Assembly: GCA_965215015.1 (NCBI GenBank)
Contig: OZ244042.1
Location: 576,001 to 640,000, forward strand
Length of the DNA stretch: 64,000 nucleotides
Reading direction: 5' to 3'
Origin: Candidatus Poribacteria bacterium
Lineage (GTDB): Bacteria > Poribacteria > WGA-4E > PCPOR2b
Shown here: positions 29,260 to 38,997 of the stretch, in pieces
Layout of the letters: the number at the start of each line of letters is the position of its first letter
Numbering within the stretch: the stretch's first letter is position 1
The notes under the pieces: generated by a model
The model's input: the letters and a program-made list of their open reading frames with translations, nothing else
Told to the model about the DNA's origin: nothing
The model's database searches: none
Program-made: the position numbers and the translations under genes

Positions 29260-30264
29260 TTAACTTCCTTCAGCGGAATCGGTTTGGGTTTCACCTTCTA
29301 CACCTGTCGTCAACTGTAAGAAGAGTTCCTCGAGTGTCATTTCGATGGAACGCATTTCAAGCAAGCTCCAACCGTGCTGAATAATGCTAGACGAAACCGC
29401 CGCGCGAATATCCGTATTTAGTTCATAATTGATGTGGAATGTTGGATTGATGTTGTCGTTCAAGCCTCGGCTTTCGACACAATTGACACCGGGCAGATTT
29501 TCGAGGACAGTTTTGACCTCTGCCTCTGGGCCCAATACCTCCAGATAAAGGGTTTTCGTCTCGCCCAACTCCGTGTGCCCGTCATCACCTGCGTCAATAG
29601 AAACGGCGTGTCCATCTGAGAGTCTTACACCACCGGCGATTTTGCCGTCATTGATTACGATTAGCCGCTCACAGGTCATACTCGCTTCAGGGAGGATATG
29701 CGTGCTGAGGATGATTGTGTGTTCCTTACCGAGTCCCTTGATCAGCTCACGAATCTCAATAATCTGCCGTGGATCGAGCCCGGCGGTCGGTTCATCGAGG
29801 ACAATGACATCTGGATCGTGAATTAGTGCCTGCGCTAAGCCGACCCGCTGACGATAGCCTTTGGACAGCTGCCCGATAATCTGCTCTCGCCGCTCGGTCA
29901 AACCACAGGATTCAACCGCCATCTCCAATCGCTCGGCGCGTTTGCTTCGCGGTACGCCTTTAATCTTTGACACAAATTTGAGGTAGCCGGTGACGGTCAT
30001 TTCCGGGTAAAGCGGCACACTTTCAGGCAGATAGCCGATACGCTTACGAACTTCCAAGGATTGCTTGAAAACATCGTATCCCGCGACTGTTGCATTTCCG
30101 CCGCTGGCGGGCATAAAACAGGTCAAAATTCGCATGGTGGTGGTTTTGCCAGCACCATTTGGTCCTAAAAAACCGATGACTTCGCCCTTGTCAATACGAA
30201 AGGAAATCCCTTTCAATGCCTGAAATGGCCCGTAATTTTTTGTGAGATCTTCAACTTCGATCAT
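29260..30264 (-). CDS. ABC transporter ATP-binding protein (ABC-2/GldA-like)
   Basis: GPNGAGKTT, LSKGYRQRVGLAQAL and LDEPT motifs. Confidence 0.92.
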   Translation of the reverse strand: MIEVEDLTKNYGPFQALKGISFRIDKGEVIGFLGPNGAGKTTTMRILTCFMPASGGNATVAGYDVFKQSLEVRKRIGYLPESVPLYPEMTVTGYLKFVSKIKGVPRSKRAERLEMAVESCGLTERREQIIGQLSKGYRQRVGLAQALIHDPDVIVLDEPTAGLDPRQIIEIRELIKGLGKEHTIILSTHILPEASMTCERLIVINDGKIAGGVRLSDGHAVSIDAGDDGHTELGETKTLYLEVLGPEAEVKTVLENLPGVNCVESRGLNDNINPTFHINYELNTDIRAAVSSSIIQHGWSLLEMRSIEMTLEELFLQLTTGVEGETQTDSAEGS

Positions 30265-30905
30265 CCACCAATCTCCCGTGATAAATCTGTTTGCTGTCAA
30301 GGAGTCGTCGCCCGTCAAATCGCGGCACTGCCCCGAAGAATTGCTTGAAAATCCCGATGCCCTTCATATCGTCCGTTCCTCTAACGCCGGTACAACCACT
30401 TTGGTTACGAAACTCAAGCAAATGATAAATAATGAATACATAGGGTTTGATTCCTAACTGTATTGATTTTATCTGCCGTAAACCCTTTGACGGAATTTTG
30501 GACATAAGGTTGATTGGACGTATTACTTCGATAGACGATGTAGCAGGAATTCCGTGAGGCTCGTGACCTTGATATTACAATTGCTCTCGTCAATCCCTGT
30601 AGGATCAGTTCTCGGCTTTCTGTCGGTTCTGTGGGATAAATCGCTATCAGGAAGTCGCTCTCCGATAGATCGGGATGCAAGCACTTACAGTGAGATGTTG
30701 GGATTCGGAGATCTCTCCTATAGGAGAACTAAATATCCCTATCGATCTTGTAGGGGAACTGCATCTATAATAGAAATTAGGCAAGTGACCAATCAGAAGT
30801 TGGGGCGAACCCCGTCATGGTGCAGAGAGTAACCTCGATGGCTTCACCGTTTCCTAAACCACAGGCGATCTTCGGTTAGGCAACCTGTGGCTACTATAGG
30901 AAGAG

Positions 30906-30950
30906 GGTTACGGCATACGACGTATGCCGAGACTACTATATGCCGCCTAC
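30906..30950. repeat. Isolated internal palindrome of MITE family A
   Basis: GGTTACGGCATACGACGTATGCC, as at ~10937 and ~38903. Confidence 0.6.
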
Positions 30951-31123
30951 TGATGTGTTCATTCGTGCGTTGGTGTATTGGTTACGGCACGATCACAGGG
31001 GTTAGGAAGCCCCGATAAGATTGAGAGGATGCGCTGTGGCTACGATTCGATCTCGATTGTCGTATACCAAAGGTCTACACAATAATTTACATGCAATTGC
31101 CCTAATCAATCTTTGAAATTCGA

Positions 31124-31152
31124 TTGACGGGCTCTACAATTTTTGATATACT
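31124..31152 (+). promoter_or_regulatory. sigma70-like promoter
   Basis: TTGACG-N17-TATACT with a TG extension. Confidence 0.6.
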
Positions 31153-31198
31153 GAGCACGGTTTTATCTGCTTAAATCAATCTATCTAAGGAGCGGAGT

Positions 31199-32326
31199 AT
31201 GAAAATTGACAAGATTGAATCCTTCTTTATCGGTGGCGGCTATGTGGTTCGCATTCATACTGATAACGGTATCAGTGGCATTGGTCAAACCGCTTGTTGG
31301 GGGTACCCTGAAGCGGTCGAGAGAATCGTCGCAACTTTTGAAAAATACCTAATTGGTCAGAATCCCCTGCGTATTGAACACCACTGGCAGTATCTCTACC
31401 GTATGGGTCCGTTTCGCGGCACCGCCCTCTGTGGCGCAATCAGTGCGGTGGATATTGCGTTGTGGGATATCAAGGGAAAGCATTTCGGTGTGCCGGTATG
31501 GGAGTTATTGGGGGGGAACTGTCGTGACAAAATTCGTCTGCATCTTATGGCTGGTGGCTCGACGCCAGAAACGATGTTTCAGACTGCGAAAGATGCGGTG
31601 GCGGAGGGGTTCACTGCGCTGAAGTTCGATCCGGTGATCGGCGGCTATCAGGACATGGCGTTAGATCGCTTGGTCAAAACTGCTCGCGATCTGGTCGCAG
31701 CGGCGCGAGAGGGAGGCGGGCCCGATCTCGATCTTATCGTCGAAGTTCACCGCAAACTCACACCAATGAACGGGATTGTCTTGGCGGAAGCGTTGACACC
31801 GTTTAATATCTACTTCCTTGAAGACCCTATCCAGATCGACAGCATTGTGTCACAGGCGGAACTCGCCAAGCGGATGACTGTCCCCCTAGGGAACGGTGAA
31901 CGCTTGACCACCATCTGGGAGTTCCGTGAATTGCTCGCGACCGGGGGACCTCAGTATGTTCGACCGGATGTAGCATTAGCAGGTGGGTTGACCCAATGCA
32001 AAAAAATCGCCGCGATAGCTGAATCCTACCATAGTGCGGTTGTCACCCATAATTTCTTGGGGCCGTTGGTTACAACCGCTTCGCTACATCTTGATGCAAG
32101 TATTCCAAACTTTATCACCCAAGAGTATACCAAGGGGGACGAGGCTCCCAACCATTCCGTTTACAAAACTTGTTATCAACGCGAGGGCGGTTATATTTCG
32201 ATTCCCGAAGCACCGGGACTCGGTGTGGAATTGGACGATAGTCTGATAGAGCAGAATCCCTATCAACCGATGAACACCGGTCAGACTTTGTTGCGGAAAG
32301 ATGGCTCGGTCGCTTATGCTGTGTAA
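31199..32326 (+). CDS. Mandelate racemase/muconate lactonizing enzyme family, galactonate dehydratase-like
   Basis: SAVDIALWDIKGK, KFDP, EVH, LEDP, GER, RPD and PEAPGLG motifs. Confidence 0.9.
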   Translation: MKIDKIESFFIGGGYVVRIHTDNGISGIGQTACWGYPEAVERIVATFEKYLIGQNPLRIEHHWQYLYRMGPFRGTALCGAISAVDIALWDIKGKHFGVPVWELLGGNCRDKIRLHLMAGGSTPETMFQTAKDAVAEGFTALKFDPVIGGYQDMALDRLVKTARDLVAAAREGGGPDLDLIVEVHRKLTPMNGIVLAEALTPFNIYFLEDPIQIDSIVSQAELAKRMTVPLGNGERLTTIWEFRELLATGGPQYVRPDVALAGGLTQCKKIAAIAESYHSAVVTHNFLGPLVTTASLHLDASIPNFITQEYTKGDEAPNHSVYKTCYQREGGYISIPEAPGLGVELDDSLIEQNPYQPMNTGQTLLRKDGSVAYAV

Positions 32327-32353
32327 TGAAGGACAGGCAGAGGGGAGAACAAC

Positions 32354-33157
32354 TCACATAAAATCATGTTTTACACTTAACAGATCTGGCAACGCATGTA
32401 AGGTTTGGATGGTTTCTTTCCAACCTCCAGTTTGCGTTCCCTTCCGGTCTAGCAGAATTGCACGGATGCCGGCAGCCTGCGCCCCGATAATGTCCGCCTC
32501 AAAGGAGTCCCCGACATGAATAGCTTCTTCTGCGGAGACACCAATGGCATTTAAGGCGTATTCAAAAATAGCTGCGTCCGGCTTCGCACTCTGCACCCGC
32601 TGATCATGAGAGGCGACGACTACCTCAAAATAGGGGGCAAGTCCAAGCTCTTCAACCATGGCATGTAAGGGTGTATCCCAATTGGAGATGATTCCCATCT
32701 TTAGATCCGTTTGCTGCAATCGGTTTAGGGTCGGCAGAACATCTTCATAAAGCGTGGCATTGTTGCGCGAAAATAGCGCGTGTTCGTATTGCAAGACTTC
32801 CCATGCAATCTGATCTACATGCTCAGGCACTCCTAGCTTTTTGAGAAAAACGCAGCAGGCATCAAGCTGCCGGAATATCGTATCTCGTATATTGTTTCTC
32901 GGCTTTGAGGCTTCATACGCTTCGGTCAGAATCGCCCGCGCTTCGTCGTAAACAGACCAATCCAGACGCAGCTGATACCGATCAGCAATCTTGCGAATAG
33001 TTACATGGAGCGGCTGCGTCCAGAAGATGAGCGTATCAAAGAAATCGAAAAAAACAGCCCCGATAAGATTGGTTCCGATTTCGTTGTCCCGAGAATCGGG
33101 ACTTACGAGATCGTGAATTCTCGATTCCATCGGGAGATTCAAAGCAATTTTTGTCAT
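32354..33157 (-). CDS. HAD-superfamily hydrolase (start uncertain)
   Basis: FFDFFDTL, IISNWD, KPD..IF and HVGDS..AD motifs. Confidence 0.88.
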   Translation of the reverse strand: MTKIALNLPMESRIHDLVSPDSRDNEIGTNLIGAVFFDFFDTLIFWTQPLHVTIRKIADRYQLRLDWSVYDEARAILTEAYEASKPRNNIRDTIFRQLDACCVFLKKLGVPEHVDQIAWEVLQYEHALFSRNNATLYEDVLPTLNRLQQTDLKMGIISNWDTPLHAMVEELGLAPYFEVVVASHDQRVQSAKPDAAIFEYALNAIGVSAEEAIHVGDSFEADIIGAQAAGIRAILLDRKGTQTGGWKETIQTLHALPDLLSVKHDFM

Positions 33158-33292
33158 TGAATTTCCTTATTGTACTGACGAGACTTGGTTCCTACATCAT
33201 TTGTGTTTCGACAGCTAAACCCTGAAAAGGTTTACAGCCTTTTCAAGATTAGTGATCAAGTGATGTAAACCGCTCAACCGAGGAGGTTTCCT

Positions 33293-34639
33293 ATGATACC
33301 GTGGATCTTTACCCACAGCCCACTCGAACATTGGCTACCCGACTACCGACGGACATTCGACGCTTGGGAGGACGGAGGGGTGCGTGGCATCGTGTTCGGT
33401 TACTTGCAGTTCATGCAGGATGATGGTACGACGATTCGGACCTTTGCCCCTGACCCGGAGGTGTACAAATCATTCGGGGTGGACCCTCCACCGGAAGTCC
33501 CGCGTGATTTGAAAAAAGAGAAACAACTATACGCCATGTTAGACGATGCCGCCTCGCGCGATTGGCATATTATGACTTTCAGCGTTCCCGGCGGCGGGGG
33601 CACACGACCATTGGAGGAAGACCCTTATGGCGCGGTAGGGTTCGCTGCCAGCGTTCAGGATACGATGAACGCTTACCCTCAAGCGCACGGTGTTATCATA
33701 GATGGGCCTGGGGAACAACATTACGAATTAGCCTTCCATCATGGCGGGGAATTGCTTGAGATTCGTGACCATGAATGGCATCGTTTCGCAGCGTTAGGAA
33801 AGGATATCCCCCGTTTGGAACGGGGCATTGCACACCTATGGGAACGGCTCCACAACCTGACGCCGTCTCTGGTACGATATCATGCGCCGGGTGGGATGTT
33901 AGCAGCGTTGACATTATTTGATATCAACGAAGATGTGCTCTACTGGCTGCGGACCCGCCAAGAAAACGCGTTGGGTTACATGCGGGCTGTACGCACCCAA
34001 CTCGACCAGTTGGACCACAAGGTAGAATTAGGCGGCATCCCGCGCACTGCGACCTTCTCTTCACTCACTGGACAGAACTATCAACAGATGGCGCCCCTTT
34101 TCAACTACATCTTCCCCAAGCACTACTTCTGGCATCGGGGCTTCGATGGGATGTACGGAACGATTGCACGTTGGGTGCAGAAACTTTCTGAGTGGAATCC
34201 CACATTGACGGAAGCGGACTGCTTTGCGGCGGTAACATCGCTATTTGGGATTGATCTACCGGGCGTTCACTCGCTGATGGATATGGAGACGGGGTTCCCG
34301 GAGGAGTTCTTCTCGGAGGTTGTGTGGAGCGAAACCCGACGTGCGCTGGAAGCGATTGGGGACAATGATAAAGTAGTCGCTTGGGTGTCTACGGGACGCA
34401 GCCCGCACGCCGGCGACGCGATGACAGCAAGAGATCTCCATAACATCTTGACAAACTCGGAACGCGCAGGATTAAAGCGATTTCTCTTTCACCCAGATCC
34501 AGACCTCGGTGCGGCGGAGTGGCGCGTAATTTCGGGGCTGTGTGGGAATTTGTGGCAGGAGGATCCCAATGGATATTGGCCCTCTGATACTCAGAAGCCA
34601 GATGCGTTCAATGGCGGCAGAAAACTCTCCCGTTCATAA
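33293..34639 (+). CDS. Hypothetical protein (possible TIM barrel)
   Basis: 448-aa ORF with a GAGGAGG RBS; no family recognised. Confidence 0.75.
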   Translation: MIPWIFTHSPLEHWLPDYRRTFDAWEDGGVRGIVFGYLQFMQDDGTTIRTFAPDPEVYKSFGVDPPPEVPRDLKKEKQLYAMLDDAASRDWHIMTFSVPGGGGTRPLEEDPYGAVGFAASVQDTMNAYPQAHGVIIDGPGEQHYELAFHHGGELLEIRDHEWHRFAALGKDIPRLERGIAHLWERLHNLTPSLVRYHAPGGMLAALTLFDINEDVLYWLRTRQENALGYMRAVRTQLDQLDHKVELGGIPRTATFSSLTGQNYQQMAPLFNYIFPKHYFWHRGFDGMYGTIARWVQKLSEWNPTLTEADCFAAVTSLFGIDLPGVHSLMDMETGFPEEFFSEVVWSETRRALEAIGDNDKVVAWVSTGRSPHAGDAMTARDLHNILTNSERAGLKRFLFHPDPDLGAAEWRVISGLCGNLWQEDPNGYWPSDTQKPDAFNGGRKLSRS

Positions 34640-34701
34640 AGTTTCAAAGTGGAATTTTATCGATGAAAATTACAAAAAATATGGTTTGTAGCGTTTTCAG
34701 A

Positions 34702-35420
34702 TAGGACTTATTCAGTTGAACGCTCGAAGCCAACCCCCTGCAAGCGGGAGAGAACCACACCCTCTCTAACTCCCCCGCAAGCGAGGGAGAACTGGCGGAT
34801 CGCTCGTTGCGGATAGTCCCGCATCCCTACCGGCTATTGGGGGGTGATATGGCGGGTTGGGAGAGCATCGGCTATACGGGCCCACCGAAAGCTGGGTAGA
34901 TTTTTAGAATGTAGGTTGGGTTTCACGGTACCCGTTCAACCCAACCTACGGACTGATATAATTGTCTGAATCTTGGATTAAATTGAGGACGTGGATTGCG
35001 TGAATTGTTGCCCCGATGCTCCTCAATCCAGAGATTGGGACAGGTTGACCGGGATTCAAAGCAATCTGAATCAGGATTTTCAGAATTTAAGGATTCACAG
35101 GATAACCATCAACACTTCAACTAATGGCCCCATCTTCTAAAGATTCATATGGAACACCGATCGGTGTTTCTTACTATGTCGTTGTCGTTTGCCTCTTTTT
35201 TAGTCCCATCAGTGGGATCTATCGCGAGCTTAGAGTTGAGTGTAGGTTAGGTTGATAGGTAAATGTAAGGAACGCTCTCTGCTTTCGCTACCACGCGCCT
35301 CCTCCAAAGGGGTACACCCATCAGGACCTATTTATCAGCACCCCTTAATTAATAAAACGTGAAAAGAAACTTTTCACCGCGCTTTTTATCTGAATCTGGA
35401 TTTACAGAATTGCTATGCAC
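34702..35420. repeat. Cluster of nested repeat remnants
   Basis: Family A end at 34702-34733; CCCC(T/G)CAAGCG repeats; GTAG palindrome at 34911-34949; TCTGAATCAGGAT 9-mer arrays at ~34963, 35064-35103 and ~35388; family B-like end at ~35334-35346. Confidence 0.65.
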
Positions 35421-35526
35421 CTGTCTCCTCACTGAACCTTTAGGGGGTAACTTGCGTTAGTTTAATCAACTTTCTTACGAATTTGGCTACATATTATCAC
35501 TGATACTTTTGAAGGAGATATAAATA

Positions 35527-36117
35527 ATGGAAGCATTTAAAGAACATGTCGGGCTTGCAACACCGTTGAATCGGTTGAATGTAGACACCGATCAGATTAT
35601 TCCCAAGCAGTTTCTCAAACGGATTGAACGCACCGGTTTTGGACAGTTCCTGTTTTACGACTGGCGTTTTCTGGACAATGGCGACCCCAATCCGGACTTT
35701 GTCCTGAATAATCCCCGTTATCAGGAGGCAAGTATTTTGGTTGCTGGAGCAAACTTTGGCTGCGGTAGTTCACGGGAACATGCACCGTGGGCACTACAAC
35801 AGTACGGGTTCAAGGCGGTTATCGCGCCTTCATTTGCGGACATTTTCCGCAACAATTGTTACAAAAACGGCATCTTACCCATTGCTCTACCTGACAGTGT
35901 TACCGCAGATCTGATGCAACAGATCGAAGCACAGGTAGGCTACAGGTTGATGATTGATTTGGAAGCACAGCAGGTGGTTCAGCCTGACGGGACCTCTCAT
36001 CCCTTCGAGATTGGCGACTTTGAGAAGCACTGTTTGTTGAATGGTCTGGATGAAATTGGTTGGACGTTGCAATTTGATGAACAAATTTCAGCGTATGAAG
36101 GGCGAATCGGAGCTTAG
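35527..36117 (+). CDS. leuD: 3-isopropylmalate dehydratase small subunit
   Basis: [37 protein letters not shown] and LLNGLDEIG motifs. Confidence 0.96.
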   Translation: MEAFKEHVGLATPLNRLNVDTDQIIPKQFLKRIERTGFGQFLFYDWRFLDNGDPNPDFVLNNPRYQEASILVAGANFGCGSSREHAPWALQQYGFKAVIAPSFADIFRNNCYKNGILPIALPDSVTADLMQQIEAQVGYRLMIDLEAQQVVQPDGTSHPFEIGDFEKHCLLNGLDEIGWTLQFDEQISAYEGRIGA

Positions 36118-36189
36118 CGTAACTGCACTGATGAGATAATCAGAATCGGTGTCGTATCAATCCCTGCTGGAATGTGGGAGGAGAATACT

Positions 36190-38715
36190 ATGGCTGAAAA
36201 ACAGGTCACACTACCCATAACAGGAATGCATTGTACGAATTGTTCGGACACCATCGCACGCGATTTGAGGAAGCTGGATGGTGTGGAAGCGGCGAACGTC
36301 AACTATGCCACCGAGAAAGCAACGGTCACGTTCAACCCGTCTGTACTGGATGAGGGTGCTATCATTGAGAGAATTAAAGCCATCGGTTATGGGGTAGCAA
36401 CAGGTGAGATCGGATTGCCTATCACAGGGATGAACTGTGTCAACTGTGCAGCAACTGTCGAAAAGACGCTTAACAAGATGAGACCGGGCGTTATCTCTGC
36501 GACTGTAAACTTCGCTACAGAGAAGGCACAGATAGCGTACATACCCGGTCAGGTGACTCCTGCTGATCTCATTGCTGCCATTAAAAGGACAGGCTACGGT
36601 GTCGTCGAAGCGGATTCTGACCAATTTGCGGATGCCGAGCAGGCTGCCCGCGAAACCGAAACCCATGATCAGACGCGCAAGTTTTGGACTGGCGTTGTCT
36701 TCTCTCTCCCACTCTTCCTTTTTAGTATGGCTCGGGACCTTGTACTGCTGGGGAATTGGTCTGATGCTTCCTGGGGTAACTGGTTGATGTTTGCTCTTGC
36801 CGCACCGGTGCAATTTTATGTCGGATGGAGCTATTATACGGGTGGTTTCAAAGCACTACGTAACGGCGCCGCCAACATGGACGTACTGGTTGCGATGGGT
36901 TCATCCGCTGCCTTCTTTTATAGCTTACCTGTTACTATTGCGTTGACGTTAGGCAGCACTGCCCTAGGCAGCCATGTCTATTTTGAAACATCAGCGGTCA
37001 TCATTACCCTCATCAAACTCGGCAAACTGCTTGAGGTCCGTGCGAAGGATCAGACCGGTGCCGCCATTAAAAAGTTGATAGGACTGCAAGCGAAAACAGC
37101 CCGCGTAGTGCGCAACGCTGTAGAGATTGACATCCCCATTGAGCAGGTAGTCCTCGGGGACGTGGTGATCGTGCGACCGGGGGAAAGAATCCCCGTTGAT
37201 GGGGTTATTATTGAGGGCAATTCTACGATTGACGAGAGTATGCTCACTGGAGAGAGTATACCAGTGGATAAGGGAAAAGGCGATACGGTAATTGGGGCGA
37301 CCATTAATAAACAGGGAAGGCTCAAGTTTGAAGCGCACAAGGTCGGCGCAGAGACCTCACTTGCACAGATTATCCGTCTCGTCCAAGAGGCACAAGGGAG
37401 TAAAGCACCAATTCAGCATCTCGCCGATCGGGTGGCGTGCGTTTTTGTGCCCGCTGTCATTGCGATAGCAACCCTCACCCTGCTGATCTGGTGGCTTGTC
37501 GTGGGTGCTGGTTTTACGCCATCGATGATTCGGCTGGTAGCGGTGTTAGTCATCGCTTGCCCTTGCACACTGGGGCTTGCCACACCGACTGCCATTATGG
37601 TCGGCACAGGTAAAGGGGCGAGACAGGGGATCCTTTTCAAAAATAGCGAGGCACTTGAACTCGCTCATTCGCTCAAGGTAGTGGTTCTCGATAAGACGGG
37701 TACAATTACTATAGGGGAGCCATCGGTGACGGACGTGGTGATTGCGGAGGGGGACACCCCAAGCGTTATCCCTAAGGCGTTAGGGAATGGGGGAGAGATG
37801 GAAAAGAAGCAAAAGGAAGAAGCTGCAATCCTATGGCTGGCTGCCTCGGCAGAGCGAGGAAGCGAACATCCGATCGGTGAAACTATCGTACGGGCGGCGC
37901 AGGGGTGTGGACTGTCGCCGGTAGAGCCTTCCCGATTTGAAGCCTTAGCTGGACAGGGCATTATTGCTCAGGTCAAAGGGCATCAAGTCGCTTTGGGCAA
38001 TCTCAAAATGATGAACAAGCAGAATGTCGATCTCAACGGCTTAGAAATCGAAGCAGAAAAGTTGCAGGCACACTCAAAAAGTGTAATCTGGATTGCCGTT
38101 GATGGTAAAGCAGCTGGACTGATTGCTGTGGCGGATACCATTAAACCCGGTTCCAAAGAGGCAATTGCCGAGATGCACCGTCTGGGCTTACAGGTGGTGA
38201 TGGTCACCGGCGATAACCGAGCTACGGCGGAAAGTATTGGCAACGCTCTCGGAATTGACCGGATCCTCGCCGAAATCCTACCGGAGGATAAAGCAGCGGA
38301 AGTGAAGAAGCTACAATTAGAAATGAAGCAGGAATCTCAGGCAAATGGGCATGTGGCGATGGTCGGTGACGGCATCAACGACGCGCCGGCGTTAGCCCAA
38401 GCGGATGTGGGTATCGCCATTGGCACGGGCACTGATGTGGCGATTGAGGCGGCTGATGTCACCTTGATGCGAGGAGATCTCCGGTCCGTACCACAAGCAA
38501 TTGCCCTCAGCAAAGCGACGATGCGCGTTATCAGGCAAAATCTGTTCTGGGCTTTTTTTTACAATGTCCTCCTCATCCCGGTGGCAGCGGGCGTGCTGCA
38601 CCCGTTCACCTTCCTACCGATGATGCTACGCGCTCTGCACCCGGTGTTGGCTGCCTTCGCTATGGCTTTTAGCAGTGTAACCGTTGTTGGCAATAGTTTA
38701 CGGATGAAGCGGTGA
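36190..38715 (+). CDS. copA: Cu(I)-translocating P1B-type ATPase
   Basis: Two GMxCxxC HMA domains, TGE, CPC, DKTGT, SEHP, GDGIND, YN and MAFSS motifs. Confidence 0.93.
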   Translation: MAEKQVTLPITGMHCTNCSDTIARDLRKLDGVEAANVNYATEKATVTFNPSVLDEGAIIERIKAIGYGVATGEIGLPITGMNCVNCAATVEKTLNKMRPGVISATVNFATEKAQIAYIPGQVTPADLIAAIKRTGYGVVEADSDQFADAEQAARETETHDQTRKFWTGVVFSLPLFLFSMARDLVLLGNWSDASWGNWLMFALAAPVQFYVGWSYYTGGFKALRNGAANMDVLVAMGSSAAFFYSLPVTIALTLGSTALGSHVYFETSAVIITLIKLGKLLEVRAKDQTGAAIKKLIGLQAKTARVVRNAVEIDIPIEQVVLGDVVIVRPGERIPVDGVIIEGNSTIDESMLTGESIPVDKGKGDTVIGATINKQGRLKFEAHKVGAETSLAQIIRLVQEAQGSKAPIQHLADRVACVFVPAVIAIATLTLLIWWLVVGAGFTPSMIRLVAVLVIACPCTLGLATPTAIMVGTGKGARQGILFKNSEALELAHSLKVVVLDKTGTITIGEPSVTDVVIAEGDTPSVIPKALGNGGEMEKKQKEEAAILWLAASAERGSEHPIGETIVRAAQGCGLSPVEPSRFEALAGQGIIAQVKGHQVALGNLKMMNKQNVDLNGLEIEAEKLQAHSKSVIWIAVDGKAAGLIAVADTIKPGSKEAIAEMHRLGLQVVMVTGDNRATAESIGNALGIDRILAEILPEDKAAEVKKLQLEMKQESQANGHVAMVGDGINDAPALAQADVGIAIGTGTDVAIEAADVTLMRGDLRSVPQAIALSKATMRVIRQNLFWAFFYNVLLIPVAAGVLHPFTFLPMMLRALHPVLAAFAMAFSSVTVVGNSLRMKR

Positions 38716-38757
38716 TTGATGATTAATTTGTCTTGCGAAGATTTGATTTCATAAGAA

Positions 38758-38983
38758 TAGGGCTTACGCAGTTGAACGTTCAAACCCTCGTAGTTCAGTG
38801 ATGAATCACCTGACAATACGACTCACGACGCCCGATTCATTGGGCAACTACAATTCAATCTACAGTAGTAGGTACGCTCCATTGTGCCGCAATTTGCACA
38901 AGGATTACGGCATACGGCGTATGCCTACTACCTCAAAGAGGCGCAATGAACGCGCTATTACAAACTCAAGTGCGTAACTCCTA
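38758..38983. mobile_element. MITE-like element, family A, copy 2
   Basis: TAGGGCTTACGCAGTTGA ... TCAAGTGCGTAACTCCTA, with the shared internal palindromes. Confidence 0.7.
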
Positions 38984-38997
38984 AAGGATGCAGCTAT

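Noticed and set aside
30414-30832. Overlapping short ORFs upstream of the ABC ATPase
   Set aside because: No RBS or recognisable motif; the region contains palindromic repeat remnants.
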